Virus record (IMG/VR): IMGVR_UViG_3300031566_000313
Coordinates: 1 to 26,165 of that record
Source: a virus
Taxonomy: Duplodnaviria; Caudoviricetes
Length of the DNA: 26,165 nt
Strand: one strand, 5' to 3'
Made by a program: the position numbers and the translations under genes. Below, piece after piece: positions 9,395-17,664 of the stretch. Position 1 is the stretch's first letter, and every line of letters begins with the position of its first letter. The notes beneath the pieces are model-generated. The model was given only the letters and a program-made list of their open reading frames with translations. It ran no database searches and had not been told where the DNA came from.

Positions 9395-10567
9395 ATGAGC
9401 GAAGAATTACAGAAGTCAGCCGAACAAGCTGAATTAGAAAAGATTGAGAAAATTAAAGTATCTCTCAATAAAATCGCAACCAAAAAATCAAAATTTCTAT
9501 TTGCAGTACCGGAATCAATGAGTCCTGTTGCAAGTGTATATGAAATATATTTCCATGCAAGTGTTGCAAAAAATATGGGATTTGAAGTTATTATGATGGT
9601 TGAAAAGGGCGATTATGTCGTACCAGCTTGGATTGAAAAAGAACTTACTAACCATCCACACATGCCAATGGCAGACCCAAAACTAATGGTTGGTCCCGAA
9701 GATGTTATGGTTATTCCTGAAGTTTTCACAAATGTAATGGAGCAGACAAAAAATCTACCATGTGTAAGGGTTGGATTATTACAATCTGTTGATTACATGA
9801 TGAACTCACTGATACCGGGAACCGATTGGGCAGCATTTGGTGTTAATGACATCATTACTACCTCAGAAACTCTTAAAACATGGGTGGAAACCTTTCATGG
9901 TGAGGGTAAATATAATATCATGGTCTATAATGTTGGTATTCCAGATTATTTCGAAAAATCTACTCTACCACAAAAACCAATAATTTCGGTTATTGGTAGA
10001 AATGCTAACGAGATTTCGAAATTCGTAAAACTGTTTTTCAGTAAATATCCTCAATATAGCTGGATAACTTTTGACCCAATGGTAACAAAAAGTAAACCAC
10101 CACAACCAATGAGACGTGTTGATTTCGCTAAGAGGTTGAAAGAGAATTTTGCTGCAATCTGGATTGATAGAATTGCGTCTTTTGGTACTTTCCCACTGGA
10201 ATGTATGAAATCAGGCACAATTCCTATTTGTTTGAAACCCGATATCATGCCAGAATACATGGTCGAAAGAGATGAAAACGGCAAGATTGATAAAGTTGTT
10301 GATGGTGGTGGAGTTTGGACTGAAAATTACTACGACCTTCCATTATTGGCTGGTGAAGTATTAGTTAAGTTCCTAGATGATGGAATTAAAGATGAGCTTT
10401 ATGAAAACATGGATAAGATTGTAGTTAAATACAATCAAAAAGACAGTGAAATTAGATTAACTGAAATCTATGAAACTGTTCTTAAAGCCAGAACGGAATT
10501 ACTTACCAAAGCCGTTACTCCCGAACCGCCACCTGTCGAAGTATTTAATCCACCGCCAGTATTGTAA
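9395..10567 (+). CDS. GT-B fold glycosyltransferase (GT4-like)
   Basis: EDVMVIPEVF N-domain; ASFGTFPLECMKSGTIPI donor-binding motif. Confidence 0.75.
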   Translation: MSEELQKSAEQAELEKIEKIKVSLNKIATKKSKFLFAVPESMSPVASVYEIYFHASVAKNMGFEVIMMVEKGDYVVPAWIEKELTNHPHMPMADPKLMVGPEDVMVIPEVFTNVMEQTKNLPCVRVGLLQSVDYMMNSLIPGTDWAAFGVNDIITTSETLKTWVETFHGEGKYNIMVYNVGIPDYFEKSTLPQKPIISVIGRNANEISKFVKLFFSKYPQYSWITFDPMVTKSKPPQPMRRVDFAKRLKENFAAIWIDRIASFGTFPLECMKSGTIPICLKPDIMPEYMVERDENGKIDKVVDGGGVWTENYYDLPLLAGEVLVKFLDDGIKDELYENMDKIVVKYNQKDSEIRLTEIYETVLKARTELLTKAVTPEPPPVEVFNPPPVL

Positions 10568-10599
10568 AAATAATAAGAAATTTTAAAGAAAAATATAAA

Positions 10600-11460
10600 A
10601 TGAATATATCAGTAATCATACCAATACACGAATATAATGACGAGTTGTCTGTATTGGTTACCAGAGCAGTTGAGAGTGTCGAGAAACAAGAATTACCACT
10701 TATCGTTGTTGATGAACAGGAAGTTCCCGATTCATTAACACCAATAGTTCTTGTATATCCAACAGAACTTGACGAAAGTATGATTGGGTTGCGAGACTCA
10801 ATGATTCGTAAACATGAAAGTCTCACTCACGAGAACTTCGTTTTAATTAAAAATGATGGTGATACGAGTTATCAGTCGCAAGTCAATCTTGGTGTCAAAT
10901 CAGTAACTACCGATTATTTTTCGGTACTTGAATTCGATGATGAATACTCTGACACATATATTAAAAGAGCCACCGAATATGTTAAAGTCTATCCAGAAAT
11001 CGATGTGTTTCTCACAATGATGATTGAGGTAAACGCTGCGAATGAAGGAATTAAGTTGACAAATGAAACGGTTTGGGCGCAACAATTTGTTGGCGAGAAC
11101 GGAGAAATGGGTTATCTAAATGCTAACGCATTGAAACAATATACCGATTTTAAATTAAGTGGTGCTGTTATTAAGAAATCTGATTTCCAGAATCTTGGTG
11201 GATATAAAGTCAATATTAAGTTGACTTTTATGTATGAGTTTCTGCTCAGAGCATTAAATAATGCATCAAAAATCTTTAGCATTCCAAAAATTGGTTACAA
11301 ACACCTTGCAACACGTGAAGGTAGCTTATTCGATAATTATGGGAAAACAATGTCTGTCGATGAGAGAAAATTCTGGTTTGAAACAGCGACTAAGGAATCA
11401 AATTTTACTAACGATAGACCAATCGACCTAAGTAAAATGCAAAAAGTTGTTGTAAAATAA
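10600..11460 (+). CDS. GT-A fold glycosyltransferase (family 2)
   Basis: ISVIIPIH start, VNLGV..TDYFSVLEFDDEY, LGGY, YEFLLR. Confidence 0.8.
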   Translation: MNISVIIPIHEYNDELSVLVTRAVESVEKQELPLIVVDEQEVPDSLTPIVLVYPTELDESMIGLRDSMIRKHESLTHENFVLIKNDGDTSYQSQVNLGVKSVTTDYFSVLEFDDEYSDTYIKRATEYVKVYPEIDVFLTMMIEVNAANEGIKLTNETVWAQQFVGENGEMGYLNANALKQYTDFKLSGAVIKKSDFQNLGGYKVNIKLTFMYEFLLRALNNASKIFSIPKIGYKHLATREGSLFDNYGKTMSVDERKFWFETATKESNFTNDRPIDLSKMQKVVVK

Positions 11461-11482
11461 CTGTATTGTTAACAATATAATA

Positions 11483-12355
11483 ATGGCAGTTAAATCAACC
11501 ACACTTTATTTCGCTGAAAGGGAAGAACAGGCAGTTTTAGATTATATTCATTCTGATTCGCTGGAAGAAAAAAATAAACTCTATAACGAAATCCTGATTG
11601 AACCTTTTCGAAAAATGATACAGTCTATTTTAAGACGATATCCAATCCATATTGGAAATTATAATATGGAAGAAGTCGAAACCAACGCACTTGCTCATTT
11701 AATTGACCATATGGTTAAATATAAACCATTTATAATTGAACGTAAAGGTGAGAATCCCCCTACTGAAAAATGGACTAAATTGGGTGATGCCTATAGGTTC
11801 ATTCATATCGAAAACGCCTATGAAAAATTGGCTAATATGATTGAAAGTGAAGATGGATGTAAATATAGAATCTTTAACTCCAAAGCATTTAGTTATTGTC
11901 AGACAATTATTAGAAATTTCTATAAAGACCATAGTAAAAAGAGTTATACTGAAAAGAAAATTAATTTGAGTTTTGATGATTACGTTGATGAAATCAATGA
12001 AAACATCGAATACACATATGAGATGGAAAATGAGGAACAGCAAAAACTCGAAATGTTAATTCAAAGCGTTATTGAAAAAATTGAAGACCGGATAGATAAT
12101 GACCCGATAATTAAAAAGAATGAAATTATTGTTGGTGATGCGATTGCAAACGTGTTGAAGAACTGGCAGGTCTTGTTTATGGAAGACAGTCCAGAAGGAA
12201 AGTATAATAAAAGAGTGACAAATAAATTCGCTAAAAATAAAATTCTATTGTACCTGAAAGAACAAACTGGTCTGAGCACCAAAGAAATACGAATCGGTAT
12301 TAAACCATTCAAAGAAATTTATTTTCTGGAGAAAATGGATTACATGGAAGATTAA
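11483..12355 (+). CDS. Phage sigma-factor-like protein (candidate late sigma)
   Basis: 290 aa; sigma region-2-like ..PFRKMIQSILRRY..LAHL..KYKP..KAFSYCQTIIRN; C-terminal HTH-like LKEQTGLSTKEI. Confidence 0.55.
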   Translation: MAVKSTTLYFAEREEQAVLDYIHSDSLEEKNKLYNEILIEPFRKMIQSILRRYPIHIGNYNMEEVETNALAHLIDHMVKYKPFIIERKGENPPTEKWTKLGDAYRFIHIENAYEKLANMIESEDGCKYRIFNSKAFSYCQTIIRNFYKDHSKKSYTEKKINLSFDDYVDEINENIEYTYEMENEEQQKLEMLIQSVIEKIEDRIDNDPIIKKNEIIVGDAIANVLKNWQVLFMEDSPEGKYNKRVTNKFAKNKILLYLKEQTGLSTKEIRIGIKPFKEIYFLEKMDYMED

Positions 12356-12672
12356 TGGAAAAGTTTTTAATTAAGAATAAGGAAAACATCGAGAAGCTAG
12401 ATAAATACATCGATGAACACCGGGATGATATCAGAATGATGATAGTGTCACCTGAAATATTTGCTGCTTTTCGAGAATATTATGAACATACCGACTACGA
12501 AGAAAAGAATGAATTTCAAGAAGAACGAATGAAATATCGGGGAGTAAGAATGGTTCGGGATGTCTATTCACCAGCATTAGCACTATATTTCGTTAGAAAG
12601 TCTGAACACATTAAATTTAACATACCATGTATTTGTGGGGTTTATCAGGATGAGGGACATGAATTAAAATAA
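12355..12672 (+). CDS. Hypothetical protein
   Basis: 105 aa; TAATG overlap with the upstream gene. Confidence 0.7.
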   Translation: MEKFLIKNKENIEKLDKYIDEHRDDIRMMIVSPEIFAAFREYYEHTDYEEKNEFQEERMKYRGVRMVRDVYSPALALYFVRKSEHIKFNIPCICGVYQDEGHELK

Positions 12673-12674
12673 TT

Positions 12675-13049
12675 ATGAAAGAATATTGGACACCAGAAGT
12701 TGAAGAAAAACTTGCAGAATATGTTACTACCGAAGATATCGTTGAAAAGAATGAAATTTTTGATAATCATCTTTTTATTCCGTTTAGAAAACTTATTGAC
12801 GCTATTCTTGAACGATATCGCCTTCATTTTGTCGATGATGACGTGAGGCTTGCAATATTAAGTCACTTAGTACTGAATGTGGGTAGGTTTAAGCCTGACA
12901 CTGTGTATCCAAGTGGTAAGAAGGCAACTGGTAAGTCATATTGTATTGTTTTAATTAGGAGTTGGATGGCTGATTGGAAACTTAAATATGCTCGTCAACG
13001 AAAAAATATTAGTTTTGATGACTGGTATAAAGACAATCCAGAAATATAA
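12675..13049 (+). CDS. Truncated paralog of the sigma-like protein (region 2 only)
   Basis: 124 aa; aligns by eye with the N-half of 11483..12355 (PFRKLIDAILERY, LSHL..FKP, KSYC..IR, NISFDDW). Confidence 0.65.
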   Translation: MKEYWTPEVEEKLAEYVTTEDIVEKNEIFDNHLFIPFRKLIDAILERYRLHFVDDDVRLAILSHLVLNVGRFKPDTVYPSGKKATGKSYCIVLIRSWMADWKLKYARQRKNISFDDWYKDNPEI

Positions 13050-13055
13050 TAACCC

Positions 13056-13063
13056 GTATTTAT
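13056..13063 (+). promoter_or_regulatory. Putative phage late promoter GTATTTAT
   Basis: Upstream of the 13131-16565 operon ending in the spike gene. Confidence 0.6.
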
Positions 13064-13130
13064 ATGTACTAAAACTATAATTATGCTAAGACAATAGTAA
13101 ATAACCGAAAAAGAATAAAATTAAACACTT

Positions 13131-13523
13131 ATGTGTCCACGTCCTAAGAGAAAACAGTTAAAATTCGATGAAGAAAGTGTAAATAAACTTCTTCAGGAAA
13201 TATATGATGAAAGTCATAATATCAAAGCAAAAATTATCCGATTATATAATAAATGGGAAGTCAAAGTTAAAGAACCCGGTGAGGTTCAGGCAATAGGTGG
13301 TGAAATCATTAAATTGATTGCTGCCGAAGCCAAAAACCAAGAGCAGAAAATTATGATTCTCAAGTATTTAAAAGAGGTTGTCTTTGATAAGAAAGATGGT
13401 GCTGTTTTTGGTAAGACCGAAGCACAAGAAAAGGGTGAGTTGACAAGTGAAAGACAAAGCGAATTACTGGATATCGTTGCCAGAGGCACAGGTGTTAGTA
13501 ATGAAGAATTAGAAAATGAATAA
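13131..13523 (+). CDS. Hypothetical helical/coiled-coil protein
   Basis: 130 aa; basic N-terminus, helical body; coupled to the next gene. Confidence 0.7.
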   Translation: MCPRPKRKQLKFDEESVNKLLQEIYDESHNIKAKIIRLYNKWEVKVKEPGEVQAIGGEIIKLIAAEAKNQEQKIMILKYLKEVVFDKKDGAVFGKTEAQEKGELTSERQSELLDIVARGTGVSNEELENE

Positions 13524-14875
13524 TGAGTTTAGCTGACGACAAAAGAAATGTTTTTACTACAATTGGTTCCTATACTTCCTTAATTCAAGAAAGTAAGAAG
13601 CCATTGCAGACAGATTTATTCCCGTCAATCAATAATAAAAAGGACATCGTGCCCTTTTTACTTGACGTAATGAAAACTGTTGCTGGAACCGATGCATTGA
13701 AAGAGACTATTGGTGGTATGTTTACGGACCTAATCGATAATGTGGAGCCACAATTAAAGGATGTGTTGAAAAAACAATTCATTCAGTCAAATGCCGACAA
13801 TTTATTGCCTACAACCGGAAGCAATTTCAAGGATAACGGTATTACGTTACCAGTAAAAGACATAGATGTTGGTGGAAAGTTAAAAGTTAACCCCGCTACT
13901 GACCAAGGCAGTTTATTGTATGAAAAAGTAACACCAAACTTTGACCAAAGTGCTTATAATGCTATTTTAAATGAAGGTAGTGACGTGAATTTCAGTGTGT
14001 TTACGTTAAAATATAACGGCACAACCGATGAAATGCAAATAAGACCCACGACTGCTGCTAAATCTTTAAAAATTGGGGATTTCTTTACACAATATATTGA
14101 TGATGCCGTACTTATTGATAAAAAAGAAATTACGACAAAAGTAATGGATGCGTTTTATGGTACACTTGCAAAAAAACAAAATAAAACCGTAGAACAAAAC
14201 CACGAAGAACTAGAAGTTAGTTTACAACTTGAACAAGTACTTAATAATGATGATAGTTTTGAGATTCCTCCAGAGGATTTAGATGAGTTACTTAAAAAAG
14301 CACGTGAATTAACTGCTGGTATCGTGACATATGACTTGGGTTGTGGATTAATAGCACCAGAACTTCAGTTCGGTGACTTAGATAATATGATTCAAAATGT
14401 ATCAGGTTCAACGGACCCATTTTTTGTTGCTAACCAATTCGAAGCAACTATTGATGAAAGTACTAATGGTGACCCGACATTAGAAGATGCGACTAAAGAA
14501 AATAAGGAAACAATTAAAGACGGTTTTTTTCAGAAAATCATCAATGCCCTCACAATTAAAATGTTGGAAGCCGTGACAACTGCACCACAAGTACGAGTAT
14601 TATTGGGTATGATGAGTTCGTTACAAAATAATGGTGAGGTTAAAATTAATAAGGCAAGTGAAGACATGAAATACTTCAAAACCTGTATTAAGTGTATGGC
14701 AAAGGAAATAATGAGGCTGATTGCTGAATTCATTTTCGCATTAGCTGTTGCTTATTTAATAAAATTACTGAAACCAGTAATTATAAGAGTACTTAAAGAA
14801 AAAATAAACCAGTATACTGGTATTATAACAAGCCTAACGGGTGCGTTAGGGAAAGTTACAAATGTAATAACATAA
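13523..14875 (+). CDS. Hypothetical protein, probably virion-associated
   Basis: 450 aa; acidic body and hydrophobic/amphipathic C-terminal helix (IAEFIFALAVAYLIKLL); late operon with spike. Confidence 0.65.
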   Translation: MSLADDKRNVFTTIGSYTSLIQESKKPLQTDLFPSINNKKDIVPFLLDVMKTVAGTDALKETIGGMFTDLIDNVEPQLKDVLKKQFIQSNADNLLPTTGSNFKDNGITLPVKDIDVGGKLKVNPATDQGSLLYEKVTPNFDQSAYNAILNEGSDVNFSVFTLKYNGTTDEMQIRPTTAAKSLKIGDFFTQYIDDAVLIDKKEITTKVMDAFYGTLAKKQNKTVEQNHEELEVSLQLEQVLNNDDSFEIPPEDLDELLKKARELTAGIVTYDLGCGLIAPELQFGDLDNMIQNVSGSTDPFFVANQFEATIDESTNGDPTLEDATKENKETIKDGFFQKIINALTIKMLEAVTTAPQVRVLLGMMSSLQNNGEVKINKASEDMKYFKTCIKCMAKEIMRLIAEFIFALAVAYLIKLLKPVIIRVLKEKINQYTGIITSLTGALGKVTNVIT

Positions 14876-14880
14876 AAATC

Positions 14881-15057
14881 ATGATAGTAGACCAAAAATT
14901 AAACAAAAAATTCCTTGGCGTTTATCTAATAGATGGAGCGACTGACGGTACACAACTTGCTACAACTTCAAAACCTAACGGTTTTAGAAGAGTATGTACA
15001 AGATTATTCTTGGGTTGGGAATGGATTAGTATTAAAAAACTAAAGAGCCTAAATTAA
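14881..15057 (+). CDS. Small basic hypothetical protein (58 aa), not in ORF track
   Basis: MIVDQKLNKKFLGVYLIDGATDGTQLATTSKPNGFRRVCTRLFLGWEWISIKKLKSLN*; fills the gap between 14875 and 15059. Confidence 0.7.
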   Translation: MIVDQKLNKKFLGVYLIDGATDGTQLATTSKPNGFRRVCTRLFLGWEWISIKKLKSLN

Positions 15058-15058
15058 T

Positions 15059-15469
15059 ATGGCAGCGATTGATTTCAATAGTATCGATGCAATTATTGGG
15101 GGATTCGATAAAATATTGAACCTCTCATCAGTTGGTGGTCCACCACCCGTACCCACACCACTTATGTTAATAGGTGTGCCCCTACGTGCTGGGTTGTCAC
15201 CAACAAAAATAGCATCACGTATTATTGCGAGAAAATCTGAAGCTGGATTACCTGTTGGTGCGCTGCCTTCGGGAGCAATTAGTCCCGATGAAATAATGGA
15301 AAGAATCAGAATTGAAGAAATTGTTAAAGCACTTCAACAAGATGCACTTATTTCTGTGGCAATTCCACCGGGAATCACGTTGACAGCAGCAGGTATTTCA
15401 CCAACTGGACCCGTTTCGGTATTCGGGTCAACAATAACATTTTCAAAAGGTTATGGGGTAATACAATAA
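15059..15469 (+). CDS. Hypothetical Pro/Gly-rich protein, likely spike/baseplate-associated
   Basis: 136 aa; C-terminal beta-rich GITLTAAGISPTGPVSVFGST; two genes upstream of the spike. Confidence 0.55.
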   Translation: MAAIDFNSIDAIIGGFDKILNLSSVGGPPPVPTPLMLIGVPLRAGLSPTKIASRIIARKSEAGLPVGALPSGAISPDEIMERIRIEEIVKALQQDALISVAIPPGITLTAAGISPTGPVSVFGSTITFSKGYGVIQ

Positions 15470-15672
15470 TGGAAAATTTAAGTGGATATACACCAACACA
15501 GTTACTTAAAATAAGTAATGATATCTGTGTGAAACATGAAGCCTTGAAAAAGGAAATTATTGCCGATACCTATAAATTGGAGGAACTTGAAATAAATCTT
15601 AACGAAAAGGCACGACAGTTGGAAGAACTTGAAAAAAATTACGTGGAAATCATTGAAAAAATAAGTACATAA
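15469..15672 (+). CDS. Small coiled-coil protein
   Basis: 67 aa heptad pattern; TAATG overlaps on both sides. Confidence 0.7.
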   Translation: MENLSGYTPTQLLKISNDICVKHEALKKEIIADTYKLEELEINLNEKARQLEELEKNYVEIIEKIST

Positions 15673-16565
15673 TGCCATACGATAAGCCAATCATACAAAC
15701 CAGCAATCCTAATAAAAAGGAACATGCCAACATTCAAAGAAACAGAACCATTTTCTACGGTGAGGTTATAAGCATTGTTGATGAAACCGATGGTGGTATA
15801 ATTAAAGTTAGAATTCCTGAACTCGATAACAGAACAGGAGATAGTGATTTACCGGATTGCTACCCTTTACAACCCAAATTTTTCCATCTATATCCACAGG
15901 CTGGGGAAATGGTTAGGATTTTTGTTGAAGACAATAAATTTCCAGAAAGAAGTCGTTTCTGGTTAGGTCCAATTATCTCACAACCACAAAAAATCGGATT
16001 CGATTCGAGATTCAGTGCGCTTTCGACAACCAATCTCGGTTTAACTAAACCCCAGAAAGCACCTACAACATATCCCGATGCTGTTGGCGTGTTTCCAACA
16101 AAAGAAGATGTGGCGATTATTGGTAAAGTTAATGCTGATATCATACTCAAAGTAAATGAACTGCATCTCAGAGCAGGAAAACACGAAGATGGTGATATAT
16201 TAAGTCTCAATGTAAAGAATCCTGCACATATAGGATTAGTTTATGAGCCACTTGAAGGTAATAATGATGATTTTTACAGTAATACCATTATTCAAAGTGA
16301 TAAGATTGCCCTGATTACACATGAAGGTAATCCCAAGTTTAAAGCTGCTAGAATGACTCCAGAGGATAGAGTGAGGGTATTTGCCGAAGGACACCCATTA
16401 GCCCGTGCAGATGTCTTAATTGAAGCCCTAGAGGTCATTAGAATTGCATTACTAAACCACATTCATCCATATCCGGGTTTAGCAGCAGATAGAGCAGCCA
16501 TAATTAAAAAACTCGAAGAAATACAATTCGAAGCCATTCTACAGAAAAACGTTGTCACGAACTAA
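15672..16565 (+). CDS. Baseplate central spike (gp5/gpV/VgrG-like OB fold, HxH apex)
   Basis: GEVISIVD..GGIIKVRIPELD..P.CYPL..PQAGEMVRI..RFWLG OB-fold pattern; C-terminal NHIHPY. Confidence 0.75.
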   Translation: MPYDKPIIQTSNPNKKEHANIQRNRTIFYGEVISIVDETDGGIIKVRIPELDNRTGDSDLPDCYPLQPKFFHLYPQAGEMVRIFVEDNKFPERSRFWLGPIISQPQKIGFDSRFSALSTTNLGLTKPQKAPTTYPDAVGVFPTKEDVAIIGKVNADIILKVNELHLRAGKHEDGDILSLNVKNPAHIGLVYEPLEGNNDDFYSNTIIQSDKIALITHEGNPKFKAARMTPEDRVRVFAEGHPLARADVLIEALEVIRIALLNHIHPYPGLAADRAAIIKKLEEIQFEAILQKNVVTN

Positions 16566-16581
16566 AATTTTTGTATATTTG
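16552..16581 (+). promoter_or_regulatory. Bacteroidota housekeeping-sigma promoter (-33 TTG / -7 TATATTTG)
   Basis: TTG(16552-54)-N19-TATATTTG(16574-81), 5 nt before ATG 16587. Confidence 0.6.
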
Positions 16582-16586
16582 CTGCA

Positions 16587-17372
16587 ATGAACATCGAGGT
16601 TCCCAATAAATTTTTCACTTCATTTAACGAAGTCACGTTTCATGATGAACCACATAAATATTATGTGGATGGTAAAGAATTGGTGAGTGTTACTACATTA
16701 ATCCATCGATATCAGGAAGAATTTGACGAAGATTATTGGTCAGATTATAAAGCCAATGAATACACTCTTACTCAGAGAGAAGTGTTGCGTGCTTGGGAAT
16801 TTATAAACAAAAAGGGCACAATGAAAGGTTCGGCAATCCATGACTACGCAGAAAGATTGTTTTTAAATAAAATATTCCCCTATCCGAAACAACAGATTCT
16901 TGACGAATTCGGATTTGACCCGGTTTTACCGGAATACGAGATAACGAAAAAACATGTTGATAATTTCTATAACGATATTCAAGGAAAACTCATTCCGATA
17001 CGAACAGAGATGATAATATACGATAGAGAGTCATTAATTGGTGGAATGCTCGATATCCTATTTTATAACGTAAAAATGAAACAGTTCCAAATTTGGGACT
17101 GGAAAACCAACAAGAAATTCGATAAGGAAATGAAGTCCCGACATTTTCATGATGAATTATTTATGTTGGAAGACAGTGATTTGGAAATTTATTCGCTTCA
17201 ACTTGCCATGTATAAAATGATTATTGAGAAAAATACTGGTATAAAACTAGGAAAATCATATATTGTTTGGTTCAGTCATAATAACGAGAATTATGAAATA
17301 ATTGAGACCAAAGACAGAAGTTATTACACCAACATTATGATGAACAACAGAATCGCAGAATTAGCTGCATAG
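16587..17372 (+). CDS. PD-(D/E)XK exonuclease (RecB/lambda-exo-like)
   Basis: SVTTLI, KGSAIHDYAE, TE, GMLDIL, IWDWKT, YSLQLAMY motifs; no Fe-S cysteines. Confidence 0.85.
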   Translation: MNIEVPNKFFTSFNEVTFHDEPHKYYVDGKELVSVTTLIHRYQEEFDEDYWSDYKANEYTLTQREVLRAWEFINKKGTMKGSAIHDYAERLFLNKIFPYPKQQILDEFGFDPVLPEYEITKKHVDNFYNDIQGKLIPIRTEMIIYDRESLIGGMLDILFYNVKMKQFQIWDWKTNKKFDKEMKSRHFHDELFMLEDSDLEIYSLQLAMYKMIIEKNTGIKLGKSYIVWFSHNNENYEIIETKDRSYYTNIMMNNRIAELAA

Positions 17373-17379
17373 AAATCCC

Positions 17380-17410
17380 AACATTAACACCTAATTTAGT
17401 GGTTAATGTT
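17380..17410. repeat. Inverted repeat / hairpin
   Basis: AACATTAAC-N13-GTTAATGTT between the exonuclease and mini-sheath genes. Confidence 0.55.
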
Positions 17411-17427
17411 AGTAAAAACCAACAAAG

Positions 17428-17616
17428 ATGACAGAAGATAATAAGATTAGATGCGTTCAAAAAAAGATGGAAGTATCAAAGGAAAATGGTGAAATTTCAG
17501 ATTTTACAATTAAAGTTGAAGATGGAATTATAAACGTCTACGTGTTCCCAAAAACATCTCTTCAATACATCGTGTGTGATTTCGTAGTGACCCCCACTGG
17601 CTGCACCTTCCAATAA
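17428..17616 (+). CDS. Stand-alone tail-sheath C-terminal-domain-like miniprotein
   Basis: 62 aa; GEISDFTIKV..INVYVFPKTSLQYIVCDFVVTPTGCTF resembles sheath end GLTDFRVKM..GEIFLKPTRAVEFIGITFTITPSGASF. Confidence 0.65.
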   Translation: MTEDNKIRCVQKKMEVSKENGEISDFTIKVEDGIINVYVFPKTSLQYIVCDFVVTPTGCTFQ

Positions 17617-17643
17617 AAAAAGCCACCCGAAACGGATGGCTTT
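17615..17643 (-). terminator. Intrinsic terminator of the tail tube gene (possibly bidirectional)
   Basis: Minus-strand AAAGCCAUCCG-UUU-CGGGUGGCUUUUUUU. Confidence 0.8.
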
Positions 17644-17664
17644 AGATTTAGTAGTGTGTGTATC

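Noticed and set aside
16587-17372. Cas4 or CRISPR association
   Set aside because: No four-cysteine Fe-S motif, and no CRISPR array or other cas genes in the window
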